From assembly GCA_020348925.1 (NCBI GenBank), contig CP070758.1:3983688-4047687 (forward strand): a stretch of DNA of 64,000 bases, given 5' to 3'. Source of the DNA: Gemmatimonadota bacterium (GTDB lineage Bacteria; JBHIER01; G020348925). The notes below the pieces were generated by a model. The model saw only the letters and a program-made list of their open reading frames with translations, was not told the origin of the DNA and made no database searches. Positions 41,124 to 51,071 of the stretch are shown one piece after another. The position numbers were made by a program, and so were the translations under genes. Every line of letters starts with the position of its first letter. The first letter of the stretch is position 1.

Positions 41124-42511
41124 TTTGAATGGGATGATTCTGGGATTGACGAAACGGTGACCTCTTCCATGGGTTCAAAAAGCACGGTGTCTGGAGAGGA
41201 CTCCACATCTGAGGCGAGAAGGAAATCCAAGGCCGCCGTCAATCCCTGGGCCATAAGGTGAAATTCATCCATGAACGCTTCCTTCACCGGAGCAGCGGCG
41301 GGCACTTTGACGCGGAGCGGATTGACGTAGCGACCGTTCTTAATGAAGCGGTAGTCGAGATGGGGACCGGTGGCCAAACCTGTGGCTCCCACATAGCCGA
41401 TCACCTGGCCCTGTTTCACTCGCGCTCCCTTCCGAACGCCGCGGCCGTAACGCGAGAGATGGCCATAGGTCGTATGGATGCCTCCGCCGTGTTTGATCTT
41501 GACGTACTTCCCGAACCCCCCTTCCCGTCCGGCGAACTCGACGATACCCTCGGCTATGGCTATCACAGGTGTGCCGCTTGGAGCGACATAGTCTATCCCT
41601 AAATGGGGACGCCGAACCTTTCGAATGGGGTGAAGACGGCTCCAGGAGAAACCGGAGCTGATCCGTTTGTAGCCATATTTGAAGGGCGACTTCAAAAAAG
41701 TCTTACGCAGCGACTGGCCCGCCCGGTCATAATAATCGCCGTGACCTGTGGAATCCTCGAACAGGACTGCTGTAACATTCGCTTCCTCACCGAGATATTC
41801 GGCCGCCAGAATCCGTCCGTACTCGATGACTCTGCCGTCAAGAGAGCATTCCTCAAAGAGCAGCCGGAACCGATCGTTGACCCTCACGTCCACGTAGAAG
41901 TCGACATCCCACGCAAAAATATCGGCATAGGCGAAAATGATCTCGCCTCCCAATCCACAATCGACCATGGCCTCATACAGGGAGGTTTTGATCTCACCCT
42001 CAACAGCCCTGGCCACTCTGATACATTCGATCTCCTTGCGATAGCTCGTAAATGAATCACCTTTTCGTTCGACCACGTAGATTTCTCTATCTCCGCGTCT
42101 GTACTCGAACCAACGGATCGAGTTCAAAGAATCACAGATCGCAGTGCAGATATCTCCGGGGAAGGAGCGTTTGACATTGAAGATTTTGTCGAACTCAGAG
42201 ACCAGTTCATGGATACTGTTGTTATCAATTCCGTGGTCCAGGAGCAGATAGTAAATGGACTCGCCCTTTTTTACGGTGTCACAGATTGTCGTGTATTCGA
42301 ATTCACCCACGACCGAGACTGTTGAGTCATTGAGGGAAAAGTATTCATCGGAAGAAGTAGTATCCCGAAATTCAGTGGCCTCTTGAGGGCTGTGAGTTTC
42401 GTGAGAAGGGGCTTTCTGAGGATAATTGTCCAGAAAACGCAGGATTAAAAAAATGGCGATCCCTGAGATAACTGCGACAGGGATAAATTGACTGAATTTC
42501 CTCTTTATCAA
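41120..42511 (-). CDS. M23 family murein DD-endopeptidase (MepM/Csd3-like)
   Basis: N-terminal TM, RISSGF...RLHP, HLGIDY, YGHLS, GLATGPHLDY. Confidence 0.92.
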   Translation of the reverse strand: MIKRKFSQFIPVAVISGIAIFLILRFLDNYPQKAPSHETHSPQEATEFRDTTSSDEYFSLNDSTVSVVGEFEYTTICDTVKKGESIYYLLLDHGIDNNSIHELVSEFDKIFNVKRSFPGDICTAICDSLNSIRWFEYRRGDREIYVVERKGDSFTSYRKEIECIRVARAVEGEIKTSLYEAMVDCGLGGEIIFAYADIFAWDVDFYVDVRVNDRFRLLFEECSLDGRVIEYGRILAAEYLGEEANVTAVLFEDSTGHGDYYDRAGQSLRKTFLKSPFKYGYKRISSGFSWSRLHPIRKVRRPHLGIDYVAPSGTPVIAIAEGIVEFAGREGGFGKYVKIKHGGGIHTTYGHLSRYGRGVRKGARVKQGQVIGYVGATGLATGPHLDYRFIKNGRYVNPLRVKVPAAAPVKEAFMDEFHLMAQGLTAALDFLLASDVESSPDTVLFEPMEEVTVSSIPESSHSK

Positions 42512-42761
42512 CGAAGTGATGGTTCCACCTCACATTCTTGTGACTGGACTGCAGGAGAAAATGTTAAGATTAACGCCCAAAAATAGAGTGCTGAAAATCA
42601 AATCTACACACAGTTGGAGGGAAAAGCAAGGGAGTTTTTTACGAAAGCGTTGAAAGAAAAACGGTATCTTTGAGAGATGCACTGTTTGGGAGGTTCTTTC
42701 GAATGACCTGTGAGCACGACAGTGCACGAGATGATATTTTGATTTTTGTATTCCTCTCGCT

Positions 42762-42823
42762 GGAGTGAAACGATTCATCATTTCAATATATCGTGTCGCA
42801 ATGATAAATCATTGCACTCCTAC
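42762..42823. repeat. REP doublet (GTAG class on the minus strand)
   Basis: GGAGTGAAACGATTCATCATTTCA...GCAATGATAAATCATTGCACTCCTAC; near-identical to 46570-46623. Confidence 0.75.
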
Positions 42824-42946
42824 AGTGTCCTATATTCCATGGGGGTGGATTCCTTCCAATGTGGACCCGGATGCTCAATTGAAAAAGCCGCTCCAATCAA
42901 AAGATCGGAACGGCTTTCCGAAATCCTCCTATACTTTTCGCCTTTT

Positions 42947-43813
42947 CTACTTCATGAGCACCATTCGCCTGGTCGCCGTAAAACCATTAGCAGCTATCCG
43001 GTAAAAATAGACACCGCTGGGCATTTTACCGGCATCCCAGGTGATCGCATAGTACCCGGCTTCCTGAAGGTCATGCACCAGCACCTCCACTATCTGCCCA
43101 AGTGTGTTGTAGATCTCAACCCTGACTCTGGCAGCTTCCGGAAGGGAGTACTCGATGGTGGTCAAGGGATTGAAGGGATTGGGATAGTTTTGAGACAAGC
43201 TGTACTCAATCGGAACCTGGACCTCCTTCACCATAGTCATAATTTCTGAAAAATCTTCAGTCGGGAGGTATGGCTCCAGCGACTTTAGAAGTTCGAGTGT
43301 CTCAGGTGTGATCTCCGTCCTGCAATGGCCGGGTACGCACTCCCCAATGCCAAGGATGACGTTGACGATGCTGATGAGATCGAGAAGATCGATTTCCCCG
43401 TCACCGTTACAATCGGCCGCCCAGAGGTCGTCCCCCACTAAAAGTGAGGTCCCCAGAATGTGATTTACGGCTGTGAGGATATCTAAAAGATCGATCTCCC
43501 CGTCGCCGTTGCAGTCACCCCGGTCGCGTTCGGAGACGGCTTCGGGCGTGAAAAATCCCGCCTCGTTCTGGAAGCTTGAAGAGGTGGCCGGACCGATGGC
43601 CACCTGGCCGATGGAGGCGAAATGAACGTAGCTCGACGACGTCGCCTTGCCGCCACCGCTGTCGATGACGTTCGGTTTGCTCTCATAAGCGGCGAGGCTT
43701 GTCTGGCCGGGCGAACCGGACGGGGTGCTATTTTTACCGGCGAAGACAATGGTGATTGCAAGGAACATGCATAAAGTTGTCCAGCCAATTGCACTTCTTT
43801 TCAGCAGTATCAT
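42947..43813 (-). CDS. Small secreted protein: short Gly/Ser domain, dockerin-like domain and T9SS-type C-terminal sorting domain
   Basis: GGAGGAG RBS; VIDSGGG..SSSY....SIGQ...AGFF; GDCNGDGEIDLLD x2; LSQNYPNPFNP...SGVYFYRI...RRMVLMK. Confidence 0.85.
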   Translation of the reverse strand: MILLKRSAIGWTTLCMFLAITIVFAGKNSTPSGSPGQTSLAAYESKPNVIDSGGGKATSSSYVHFASIGQVAIGPATSSSFQNEAGFFTPEAVSERDRGDCNGDGEIDLLDILTAVNHILGTSLLVGDDLWAADCNGDGEIDLLDLISIVNVILGIGECVPGHCRTEITPETLELLKSLEPYLPTEDFSEIMTMVKEVQVPIEYSLSQNYPNPFNPLTTIEYSLPEAARVRVEIYNTLGQIVEVLVHDLQEAGYYAITWDAGKMPSGVYFYRIAANGFTATRRMVLMK

Positions 43814-43906
43814 TTTTCTCCTCCTTTCCGTGTTTCTTTGTTGAATGTAATGTTTCATATTGCAATTGTCAACCTTCAGAAGATTAAAATATCTGGAAGG
43901 TTTTTC

Positions 43907-46465
43907 TTATTTGGAACGTAAGGTCCTACTTTGTTTGATTTTCTGTCGCTCTTCATATTCTATGCCCATTGTCTCCGGCTGTCCGTATTCTTCGGGATGC
44001 AGGTATTTGCCCCGCTCCTCGACGGATTTCTCCTCTTCAACCGGCATACGGTGAGCGTTGGCATAGGCGTCCTGGCGGATGCCGGTCACCTGCCATGAGA
44101 CCTCCATACCCGGTTTTCCACCAGCGATTTTGAATCGGTTTCCCGAGATTTTTTGGGCGATGTGGAGATTCGGTCCGGCTGCGCCTATGGCAGTAAGTTG
44201 ATAACGAAAATCCCGGTTGAATGCTTCGAAGTAGTCGGGAAGCTCAACCACGGCTTCTCCCTTCGCATTGAGTGTGACATTGCCGTTGTAAACATTCATC
44301 ATATCCGGAGATTCCACGAAGGAATGGGACAGGTATTTGTTCTCCGGATCGAGGGGATGGTCGATCTTACACGAGCCGGCCGCTGGAAGTACATCGCCAC
44401 TTATGTAGACATCACCGGAGAAATATCCGGCCCAGTTCGTGCCTGAACCACTGACATAACCATATACTCCGTAGTTTGTACCTGAGCCACCTTCAACACC
44501 ACCATAGACTCCATAATAGGAACTACTCCCTGTCGGGAGAACCTGTCCCTTAACACCTGTATATCCTCCCGTGAAAAATCCACCAAAGCCATAGTAGTCG
44601 GTGTTGGCACATTCCCCGTAAACGGCCGCGGCATCTTCTTCGGTAACCGTATTCTTGAAGTACCCGACAGCATGGCCGTCTTCGGCATGCTCGCTTTCCT
44701 CGCCCTCCACGTGAAATCTGTGTTGTGGATTAAGCACCCCGACACCAACTCCCTCTGCTCCCAAAACCAATGCGTCAGTGAAACTGTCGACTAAAATCCT
44801 GAAGGGTGTAAAGGTAGATCCTGAAACCTTGGTGATTCCGAAAGTTGAGCCACTCACATTCATTCGCCATTCCGTAGCTCCATTGCTACGATCTATAATC
44901 CCAATTGCGGAGTTCCACAGGCCATCTCCTGCAACGACGAGGCCGGCGCCAGGATTCATCGTCCCGATGCCGACATTACCAGATGCATCATCAATGTATA
45001 GCCGTGTTGTCCCATCCGTCTGCAGGCTGAGCGGGCTATTGCTCGAAACTGTATTTGCAAACAGAGTATCATCGACTTTCAAGGTACCGGCTATGTGGAG
45101 CTTTTCTGCCGGACTCGCTGTTCCGATACCGACGTTGGAACCGGCTGTTAGCAGTATATCCCTGCCACTGTCCGTCCACAATGTCAGCCCGGTATTATCA
45201 GAATAGATCTGTGAATTCATACCGCTACCATCTGTGGTTAAAAATTCCACTGAGGCACCACCACCATATTCATTTTGCAGTGCTAAACCTCCACCATTTC
45301 CCACATGCAATTCCAATGACGGATCCGTTGTTCCGATACCGACGTTGCCATCGGAGGTGATGCGCATTCTTTCCTGGTTACTGGTGACGAAATACATTGG
45401 ATTGCTGGAGATAACCTGCAGCATCAAGGGTCCTGCACCTATGCCCGAGCTGAGACTGGACAGATTGGCGAGAGGTATCCCCCCCGCGGTACTACCACTT
45501 GTGGTAGGTCCGCCTTTATAAAGTTGGAGGTAATCGTTCATACCTCCACTTGTTTTTGCTATTAAAGATGCATTTCCCCAAGAAACAGTCGACTCTACTT
45601 TAATTTCATCATATTCGCTTCCTTGAACATGCAAGTTTACATCAGGAGAAGTCGTCCCGATACCGACGTTGCCGTCATTATCCACATAAACTGCATTCGT
45701 GGGATTACTGTCCGCGGCGTTGAGGGAATGGTGCGTGTGATTGCCGGCCGCAACCTGATCGGCGCCGGTGCCGATATCTGCCGCCACAGTGGCCGTCGGG
45801 CCTGTGGGGTTGGTGACCGTAATTCCTGTTCCTTCATTGATCTGGGAGATACCTTCACCCGTCGTTCCGACTTCATCCGTGCCATCGGCAAAGCCGGCGG
45901 GCATGTCCTTGATCTTGAACCAGCTCACCGGATCCCCGGCCTCATTGACCGATCCATCGTTCGTTTTCAGCTCGGTCTCGGTATAATAGCGATCGTCGTG
46001 CTGATGGTCGGAAGCTGCGAACTCAGCGGCGTCCTTTCCGTCCACTTTGTCCGCCTCAACCGCCGAGGCGGATGTTGCCGAGGAGTCGGCCACGGCGGCC
46101 CGAAAGGCACCCGGTACGGAGGTGAACTCGTATCGGGGCGAGAGCTCGCTGTCACCCGTGACCTGCACCCCCAGATAGTACTGTCCGTCAAAGTTGAGGG
46201 TGATCGGGTTTGTCTTACCCAGAATAACATTGTACAGCCCATTCTCGCATTGAACATTCATCGTCTCCGACCAGAGAGCTGAGCCACCGGATTGGGTGCT
46301 GTAGATGCGAAACGTCACCTCGTACAGCCCGGTCAGTGGATTCCCGGCGTTGTCGTGAAGCTTACCCTGAAAGCTGATATGCCGCGGCACATCACCCAAG
46401 GAAGCGATTCCCATCGCCAGTGTCAGGGCGATGACGATGCAAAGGACTACATGGTGCTTAGCCAT
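43907..46465 (-). CDS. Secreted trimeric tail-fibre-like adhesin 1
   Basis: Signal peptide; ISFQGKL domain; HxH motifs; 4-5 (G/S)NVGIGTxxP repeats; GVYG repeats; C-terminal IDHPLDPENKYL...VSWQVTGIRQD domain. Confidence 0.8.
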   Translation of the reverse strand: MAKHHVVLCIVIALTLAMGIASLGDVPRHISFQGKLHDNAGNPLTGLYEVTFRIYSTQSGGSALWSETMNVQCENGLYNVILGKTNPITLNFDGQYYLGVQVTGDSELSPRYEFTSVPGAFRAAVADSSATSASAVEADKVDGKDAAEFAASDHQHDDRYYTETELKTNDGSVNEAGDPVSWFKIKDMPAGFADGTDEVGTTGEGISQINEGTGITVTNPTGPTATVAADIGTGADQVAAGNHTHHSLNAADSNPTNAVYVDNDGNVGIGTTSPDVNLHVQGSEYDEIKVESTVSWGNASLIAKTSGGMNDYLQLYKGGPTTSGSTAGGIPLANLSSLSSGIGAGPLMLQVISSNPMYFVTSNQERMRITSDGNVGIGTTDPSLELHVGNGGGLALQNEYGGGASVEFLTTDGSGMNSQIYSDNTGLTLWTDSGRDILLTAGSNVGIGTASPAEKLHIAGTLKVDDTLFANTVSSNSPLSLQTDGTTRLYIDDASGNVGIGTMNPGAGLVVAGDGLWNSAIGIIDRSNGATEWRMNVSGSTFGITKVSGSTFTPFRILVDSFTDALVLGAEGVGVGVLNPQHRFHVEGEESEHAEDGHAVGYFKNTVTEEDAAAVYGECANTDYYGFGGFFTGGYTGVKGQVLPTGSSSYYGVYGGVEGGSGTNYGVYGYVSGSGTNWAGYFSGDVYISGDVLPAAGSCKIDHPLDPENKYLSHSFVESPDMMNVYNGNVTLNAKGEAVVELPDYFEAFNRDFRYQLTAIGAAGPNLHIAQKISGNRFKIAGGKPGMEVSWQVTGIRQDAYANAHRMPVEEEKSVEERGKYLHPEEYGQPETMGIEYEERQKIKQSRTLRSK

Positions 46466-46520
46466 GTGCTTCCTCCTTTCTGTTTCCCGAAACAACCGGG
46501 AGGTGAATGATGAACAGAAC

Positions 46521-46665
46521 AGGTTGGGTTGAAAACCCAACGAGAATTAATCTTATAACTTCTGAAATCGGAGTGAAACGATTCATCGTTTCAATATATC
46601 GCAATGATGCATCATTGCACTCCGTAAGTTTTTTATATGTTGGGTTTCGTTCCTCTACCCAACCT
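46521..46665. repeat. Composite nested REP element
   Basis: Outer inverted pair AGGTTGGGTTGAAAACCCAAC / GTTGGGTTTCGTTCCTCTACCCAACCT encloses the GGAGTGAAACG...TGCACTCC doublet. Confidence 0.7.
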
Positions 46666-46670
46666 CTTTG

Positions 46671-47390
46671 CTATCTCCGTTGGGCCTCCGGCGTGAAGAG
46701 GCCTAACCTCTCATCCTCGTATCCTTTTCGTTTGGCAGCCACTTCCCAGTCAAAGGTGGCGGCTGACGTTCCTCCCATGAGTTCTTTCACTGTAAAACTT
46801 GTGGCCGTTTTACCGGCAATGAAGATCCCGTAGCAGTCGGCTGTCGGTGTTATCTGTACCAGCATGGGATGATCATGATTAATGGTTACGGTTTCTAAAA
46901 ACAATGGATCCAGTTTAACCGTTACTTCTCTACGATTCAATTGTCCCTGTCCGCGATCGAAAAAGTAAACTTCGGAGGATTCGTCCGCATAGAGTTTGCG
47001 CTGTCCGGAGCCGTTGGTGGGAACCACGGCGTTCTTGGTTCCTCCTGCATAAAAATCTCCCTGAGTTTGAAAATCACCCGTCGTACTCCTCCATAGCCCT
47101 TGCACGAATCCTCCCTCATCGGTGAAAGATATCCCTGAGGGATCAAGGCTATTGGTGCCGCCGTCCTCGCGATTGATGACGAAACCGCCCTCCGAAGTCA
47201 TCTGGAACGTGGCGTTCATCGTGTTCGCCTCGACCGATAGGTAATTGGCATTACCCCAAGAATCGACGGAGGAGGTGACGAGCGTTTCCTGCAGCGCTGC
47301 TCCTGTTGTCCTGCCAGCTCCACCCTCGATATAATACGTTTCAAAGCTCTTGGCATAGACCTCACCCCCGGTGTGGATGTTGCCCCTCAT
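46671..47390 (-). CDS. C-terminal part of fibre 2 (phage tail-fibre C-terminal domain); a separate coupled ORF or a frameshift product
   Basis: GTKNAVVPT...LYADESSEVYFFD...LDPLFLETV...FDWEVAAKRKGYEDERL; no signal peptide; ATGA overlap with the upstream ORF. Confidence 0.7.
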   Translation of the reverse strand: MRGNIHTGGEVYAKSFETYYIEGGAGRTTGAALQETLVTSSVDSWGNANYLSVEANTMNATFQMTSEGGFVINREDGGTNSLDPSGISFTDEGGFVQGLWRSTTGDFQTQGDFYAGGTKNAVVPTNGSGQRKLYADESSEVYFFDRGQGQLNRREVTVKLDPLFLETVTINHDHPMLVQITPTADCYGIFIAGKTATSFTVKELMGGTSAATFDWEVAAKRKGYEDERLGLFTPEAQRR

Positions 47391-48451
47391 GGCGGCCGTT
47401 CCAAATACTGATCGAAAGCATGGGTTATCTCTCCGGTATTGGGGTTCTTGAGATAGAGCATGTCCTCAAAGGTCTCCGGTCTTCCGTGGGTTGAGCCACT
47501 ACGATCGAACGTAATGATGCTGCGGCCTTCAGTGTCCAAGATATGAAGGCTGCGGAAATAGCCCTCTCCTTCGGTCTGGATATCACCTTCAAACTTGGCC
47601 GCTTTGCCCACATCGCTCTGGGCCACAAGGCCGTAATCCGTCTTGCTGTGGAAAGAGCCGCCCAATCCGTTATCGCTTTCGCCTTTGACACCGGTGCCAG
47701 TCGGAGACCAACCGTAGACGCCTTGGCCGGTCCCTCCAGCCACACCGCTCACGCCACACCCTTGATCGCTATGGCCATGAACGCCGGAAAAATAAGAGAT
47801 TCCGTACCCAACTACCATACCGGATTTTTCGTAGTCCGGAGGCGTTCCGTCAAGATCAAAGTCTCTTTTTAGAAAAACCTCTGTCGTGTCACCGCCCACG
47901 GCGAAAATAGCCGGACCAGTGGTGCTGCGAACCACGATACACGTATCGGTACCTGTGGCTCTTAATCCGGTGGCGTAATTTTCCAGTGTCAGGCCGTTCC
48001 CAGTACCATCACCGGTCCATGTTTCACCACCGTGATCGTGGGCGGAGGGCTGGACACTTCCGGCACTATCCGCATATGTTGCCCGAAGGGCATAGGGCGC
48101 ACTGGTCAAGCCGTACCTCGGCGACATCTCCTCCGAATCACCTGATGCGTGTACACCCAGCCAGTACCGCCCCTCAAAGTCGAGGTCTATCGGATGTGTC
48201 CCTCCCAGGATGACATTGTACAATCCGTTCTCACACTCCACATTGATTGTCTCCGACCATAGTGCCGTTCCTCCTGTCGCGACACTATAGATCCGAAAAG
48301 TGAGTTCGTATCCGCCGGTCAGCGGGATCCCAGCATCATCATGGAGCTTGCCTTGAAAGCTGATGAGTTGCGGTACTTCAGATAGGGAAGCGATTCCTAT
48401 CGCCATTGTCAGGGCGATGACGACACCAACGATCAAGATCCGCCTAACCAT
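47387..48451 (-). CDS. Secreted tail-fibre-like adhesin 2, N-terminal part
   Basis: Signal peptide, ISFQGKL domain, AHDHGGETW, GVxG repeats. Confidence 0.75.
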   Translation of the reverse strand: MVRRILIVGVVIALTMAIGIASLSEVPQLISFQGKLHDDAGIPLTGGYELTFRIYSVATGGTALWSETINVECENGLYNVILGGTHPIDLDFEGRYWLGVHASGDSEEMSPRYGLTSAPYALRATYADSAGSVQPSAHDHGGETWTGDGTGNGLTLENYATGLRATGTDTCIVVRSTTGPAIFAVGGDTTEVFLKRDFDLDGTPPDYEKSGMVVGYGISYFSGVHGHSDQGCGVSGVAGGTGQGVYGWSPTGTGVKGESDNGLGGSFHSKTDYGLVAQSDVGKAAKFEGDIQTEGEGYFRSLHILDTEGRSIITFDRSGSTHGRPETFEDMLYLKNPNTGEITHAFDQYLERPP

Positions 48452-48754
48452 CAGTTCCCCCCTTTCGTTTTCCCGAAGGAGTGATTCAATGATAAAGTGA
48501 TTGGTTAATTTGTATAAAAATTATATCAGACAAAAGGTATCCTCAAAAAAATCTTAAAATTCGTTTAAAGATTTTTCTGGGTCGACAGGTATATCCGTTG
48601 CTTTTGATTAACGGATATCAAAATAAAAAACTCACACTTCAAATATTGACACAAAAGTGTAACAAGTCAACACTTTTTTTGAGGCTCGAACACGCGACCA
48701 TTTAAAGAAAAAGGGCCGTATGCAATGTGTGCGCAATGAAATTTCGATTCTAAA

Positions 48755-50686
48755 TTAGTTATAAACCCATATGCGCACCCGTATTTTACTGATGGTGGTA
48801 TCGTCACCCCCTCGATAGACCGAAATGGAAGTTACCGTGAGGTCGCGCCAGTAGCCGCCTGTGGAATAGTCTTTCGTATCCCAGTCCAGGCCGTAGTACA
48901 TCTGATGGGCTCCACCACTGCTCCCTTTAAACTGGAGATCGACCACATAGTTGTCCGGGTCACCACCGATGTTGTGATTCAGCGTTTGTGTTTCCCCCTG
49001 GGCAATGGTTCTCCAGCCGCTGTCATAGGCGGGCCGGGGGAAGGGGGCACCGTTGTTCGGACCAATGTCGCCTCTGTATTCACCCGTTACAAAAAGATCC
49101 CCCTCGGCATAGACCGCGGCGTCGCCATCACTCCGACCATGGACGCCGTAGCTGTTGTCGCTCCGCCCGTAGACGCCTGTATCATGTGTGCTCCAACCGA
49201 CAACGCCCATATTATTTGTGCTCCGTCCGCTCACCCCGACGCCGCTTTCGGCCCGACCGTAGACACCGGCGTACCCCTCGTTGGAGCCGAGCTGTCCGGA
49301 GAGATCTTCATAGGCGCCGAAGACGCCGTATCCATAGAGGTAGTCGCCGTTGGCCAGAGCGCCGATGACGTCGTAATATCCGTATTCTGTGAGATTTCCC
49401 GACTCCCCCACGACGGCGGCGCCGGCCTGGGAGAAACCGTACACCCCATGCTGGAGCCCGCCAAGTCCCCCGTAGCTGCCGTAGGTTGAGGCATGTTTGC
49501 CGTACACACCGTACCCGTAGTCGCCCTCTCCGGATCCGTAGACGCCGATGGCACTGTCGCCTGATGATGTGCCGTACACACCGGGGCTGTTCTCACCGGA
49601 CTGACCGTAGAGGCCGTATCCGTCGTAGCTGTAACCGGCAACGCCCGGCGCGTGGCGGCCTTCTCCGACGACGCCGGCCGGACTCACCTTCTGGCCGCTG
49701 CTGGCGCTGTGGCCATAGACGCCGCTTCCGCCCTGGCTGATCCCGTACACACCATAGTCCCCGCTGCTCGATCCGTAGACACCTGTCCCGTCCTGACTCA
49801 CACCGGTGACACCCCGGTATGAGCTGCTGTACCCGTACACACCTGATTCGTTTTCCGACCGTCCCGCCACACCGGCGGCGTTACTGCTTAATCCTGCGAT
49901 GCCGTGGGATGAAGAGCCTTCACCCAGAACCCCAGCCGCAAGCTTCTGCAGGCCGCTGTTACCGGTGTTCCCGTATACGGAAATTGTCCCGCCGCTTCTT
50001 GCTTCAATGGCATACCCGTCCTCGGAGCAAGCATCGAGGGCGGTTCCGTCATTCAGAGCGAAGAGATCCAGGCCTGTCTCTTCGCCTTCCCACGACTCAC
50101 CCCAGTGGTCGTGGACGCTTCCGCCACCCATCTCGTGGGCGTGCTTTCCGTCCACCAGGTCGGCGTTCAGGCCGCTGCCAGGTCCCATGTGGAGCCGGTC
50201 GGTGCCGATTGTCCCTGAGGTGATGTCCGCGCCGTCGTGGGTGTGAGAGGTATCGGCAAAATCGCCGGAACCTTTTCCGTCCAAATAACCGGAACGGGTT
50301 GCGGAATCGGCCACCGCTGCCCGGAAAGCGACAGGGACACTGACGATCCGATAGCGAGGGTACAGCTCCCCGGCACCGGCGACCTGCACACCGATCCAGT
50401 AGTTGCCATCAAAATCGAGGGTGATGGGCGTCGTCAATCCTAAAATGACATTGTACAAGCCATTCGTACAACTCACAGTACTCGTCTCAGACCACAGGGC
50501 TGTCCCGCCTTCGGCAGCGTTGTAAATGCGGAAGGTTATCTCATGATCTCCGGTTAATGGACTGCCTGAGGTGTCAAAGAGCTTTCCCTGAAAGCTGATG
50601 AGCTGGGGAATTTCAGAGGTCTCAGCATGTGCTATCAGTATCATAACGATACTGACAATGCTTACGGCCAAAATCCTCTTTTTCAT
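48755..50686 (-). CDS. Secreted tail-fibre-like adhesin 3 with Gly-rich GVYG beta-solenoid repeats
   Basis: AGGAG RBS, signal peptide, ISFQGKL domain, SHTHD and VHDHW, about 20 GVxG repeats, tip domain PAYDSGW...LNHNIG...RVRIW. Confidence 0.8.
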   Translation of the reverse strand: MKKRILAVSIVSIVMILIAHAETSEIPQLISFQGKLFDTSGSPLTGDHEITFRIYNAAEGGTALWSETSTVSCTNGLYNVILGLTTPITLDFDGNYWIGVQVAGAGELYPRYRIVSVPVAFRAAVADSATRSGYLDGKGSGDFADTSHTHDGADITSGTIGTDRLHMGPGSGLNADLVDGKHAHEMGGGSVHDHWGESWEGEETGLDLFALNDGTALDACSEDGYAIEARSGGTISVYGNTGNSGLQKLAAGVLGEGSSSHGIAGLSSNAAGVAGRSENESGVYGYSSSYRGVTGVSQDGTGVYGSSSGDYGVYGISQGGSGVYGHSASSGQKVSPAGVVGEGRHAPGVAGYSYDGYGLYGQSGENSPGVYGTSSGDSAIGVYGSGEGDYGYGVYGKHASTYGSYGGLGGLQHGVYGFSQAGAAVVGESGNLTEYGYYDVIGALANGDYLYGYGVFGAYEDLSGQLGSNEGYAGVYGRAESGVGVSGRSTNNMGVVGWSTHDTGVYGRSDNSYGVHGRSDGDAAVYAEGDLFVTGEYRGDIGPNNGAPFPRPAYDSGWRTIAQGETQTLNHNIGGDPDNYVVDLQFKGSSGGAHQMYYGLDWDTKDYSTGGYWRDLTVTSISVYRGGDDTTISKIRVRIWVYN

Positions 50687-50965
50687 GAAGTTCTCCTTTC
50701 TTTTGTCTGAAGTGTTTTTGGGTTGAAGGGCATACGGGCGTCCTTGAAGAGTTTGAAATTTGGATGAAGTTATCTCTTATTTTGAACCCGGTCGAAAACT
50801 ATCAATTACTTAATGTTAAAAAATAGAGGGGGAAAGTCAACTATTATTTTGGAGGGAAGTGAGAAAATATGTAAATGGATTGGTGCTGAGATATTTTGAT
50901 AATCGAGAAGAGATCTGACCTGGACTGTTCGCCACAGAGACTCAGAGATATAAAAAGAGGGTGGT

Positions 50966-51067
50966 TCAAAAAAATCCCACAAATCGCCCCAGCCACAATA
51001 TGAAGGCCATGACGATGATGTGCAGGATCCACCAGCCCTTCCGTCCTCGGATAAAATGCTTTAACAT
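50966..51067 (-). CDS. Unannotated 33-aa single-TM protein
   Basis: GAGGTGA RBS overlaps the upstream stop; MLKHFIRGRKGWWILHIIVMAFILWLGRFVGFF. Confidence 0.65.
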   Translation of the reverse strand: MLKHFIRGRKGWWILHIIVMAFILWLGRFVGFF

Positions 51068-51071
51068 GATA

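Noticed and set aside
43907-50686. Prophage tail module or diversity-generating retroelement
   Set aside because: The fibres have Sec signals; no capsid, terminase, integrase, reverse transcriptase or TR/VR pair was seen
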